Positions 63,661-64,000 of a DNA stretch of 64,000 nt are shown piece by piece. The first letter of the stretch is position 1. Every line of letters begins with the position of its first letter. Source of the DNA: Thermoplasmata archaeon (GTDB lineage Archaea; Thermoplasmatota; DTKX01; VGTL01). The stretch spans positions 10,970 through 74,969 of the forward strand of contig JAWCLH010000013.1 of NCBI GenBank assembly GCA_038851035.1. Reading direction: 5' to 3'. Made by a program: the position numbers and the translations under genes. The notes beneath the pieces are model-generated. The model had not been told where the DNA came from. It ran no database searches and saw only the letters and a program-made list of their open reading frames with translations.

Positions 63661-63999
63661 TCATTTTATTTTCGCTCGCGAAGGGTCCCGCGTCAGGGCG
63701 ACCACCCTGCTGTCGGGCCTCTCGCCTAGTGTGACGTAGCCGGGAAGGAGTGCCTCCAGCCGCCGGGCGAAGAGACGGACTCTTTCCTGCGAGGGCATGT
63801 TGGATAGGCTGAGCCTGCTCCTCGAGTCCCCGACGAATACATAGCCCTTCGCCTCGATAAAGAGAGGCTCGGCAGCCGCGTCTAGCGCGGCGTAGTCCTC
63901 CTCCCGCCCCAGATTCCAGCCTTCGACCAGGGTGTGGCGGATAACGGTTCTTGTGTCCAGGGATGGAAGCAGCTCCAGCGTCTCTCTGAGCCTCTGCCA
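63661..63999 (-). CDS. taw1: 4-demethylwyosine synthase Taw1/TYW1, C-terminal part (truncated by window; frame missing from the ORF track)
   Basis: Manual translation WQRLRETLELLPSLDTRTVIRHTLVEGWN...EPLFIEAKGYVFVGDSRSRLSLSNMPS...SRVVAL, stop at 63661-63663. Confidence 0.85.
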   Translation of the reverse strand, partial: WQRLRETLELLPSLDTRTVIRHTLVEGWNLGREEDYAALDAAAEPLFIEAKGYVFVGDSRSRLSLSNMPSQERVRLFARRLEALLPGYVTLGERPDSRVVALTRDPSRAKIK

Positions 64000-64000
64000 C

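Noticed and set aside
63656..64000. 114-aa ORF given in the track
   Set aside because: Wrong frame; the neighbouring frame ending at 63661 encodes recognisable Taw1 motifs

Overview
GC-rich (roughly 64% by eye) archaeal chromosomal window, most consistent with an uncultured Thermoplasmatota/Thermoplasmata lineage (unsplit RpoB, split RpoA'/A'', stand-alone 16S rRNA gene). Left to right: a tightly coupled minus-strand cluster (Lrp, DHH phosphoesterase, TraB, M50 protease, beta-propeller protein, formiminotransferase). Next is a 22.5-kb six-gene operon in which every gene starts with an archaeal class III (type IV pilin) signal peptide: three giant paralogous pilin-adhesins (2187, 1924, 2430 aa; CARDB/vWA/jelly-roll modules with a variable vWA cassette) and three small paralogous pilin-like proteins. 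It is divergent from an HTH-STAND ATPase-TPR gene that overlaps a Rab-like small GTPase gene, with a perfect 8-1-8 palindrome in the shared promoter region. Then come a sugar-modification/glycosyltransferase cluster, mscL, a displaced nusA and the RNA polymerase operon. After these lie a tRNA-Lys(UUU) with two introns (one in the D-loop), a tRNA-Ser(GCU) preceded by a structured element bounded by copies of its own 5' end, 16S rRNA, mscS, trxB and a partial taw1. The best candidate for a new system is the pilin-adhesin operon with its STAND/GTPase module. All calls come from motif reading by eye; no searches were run.
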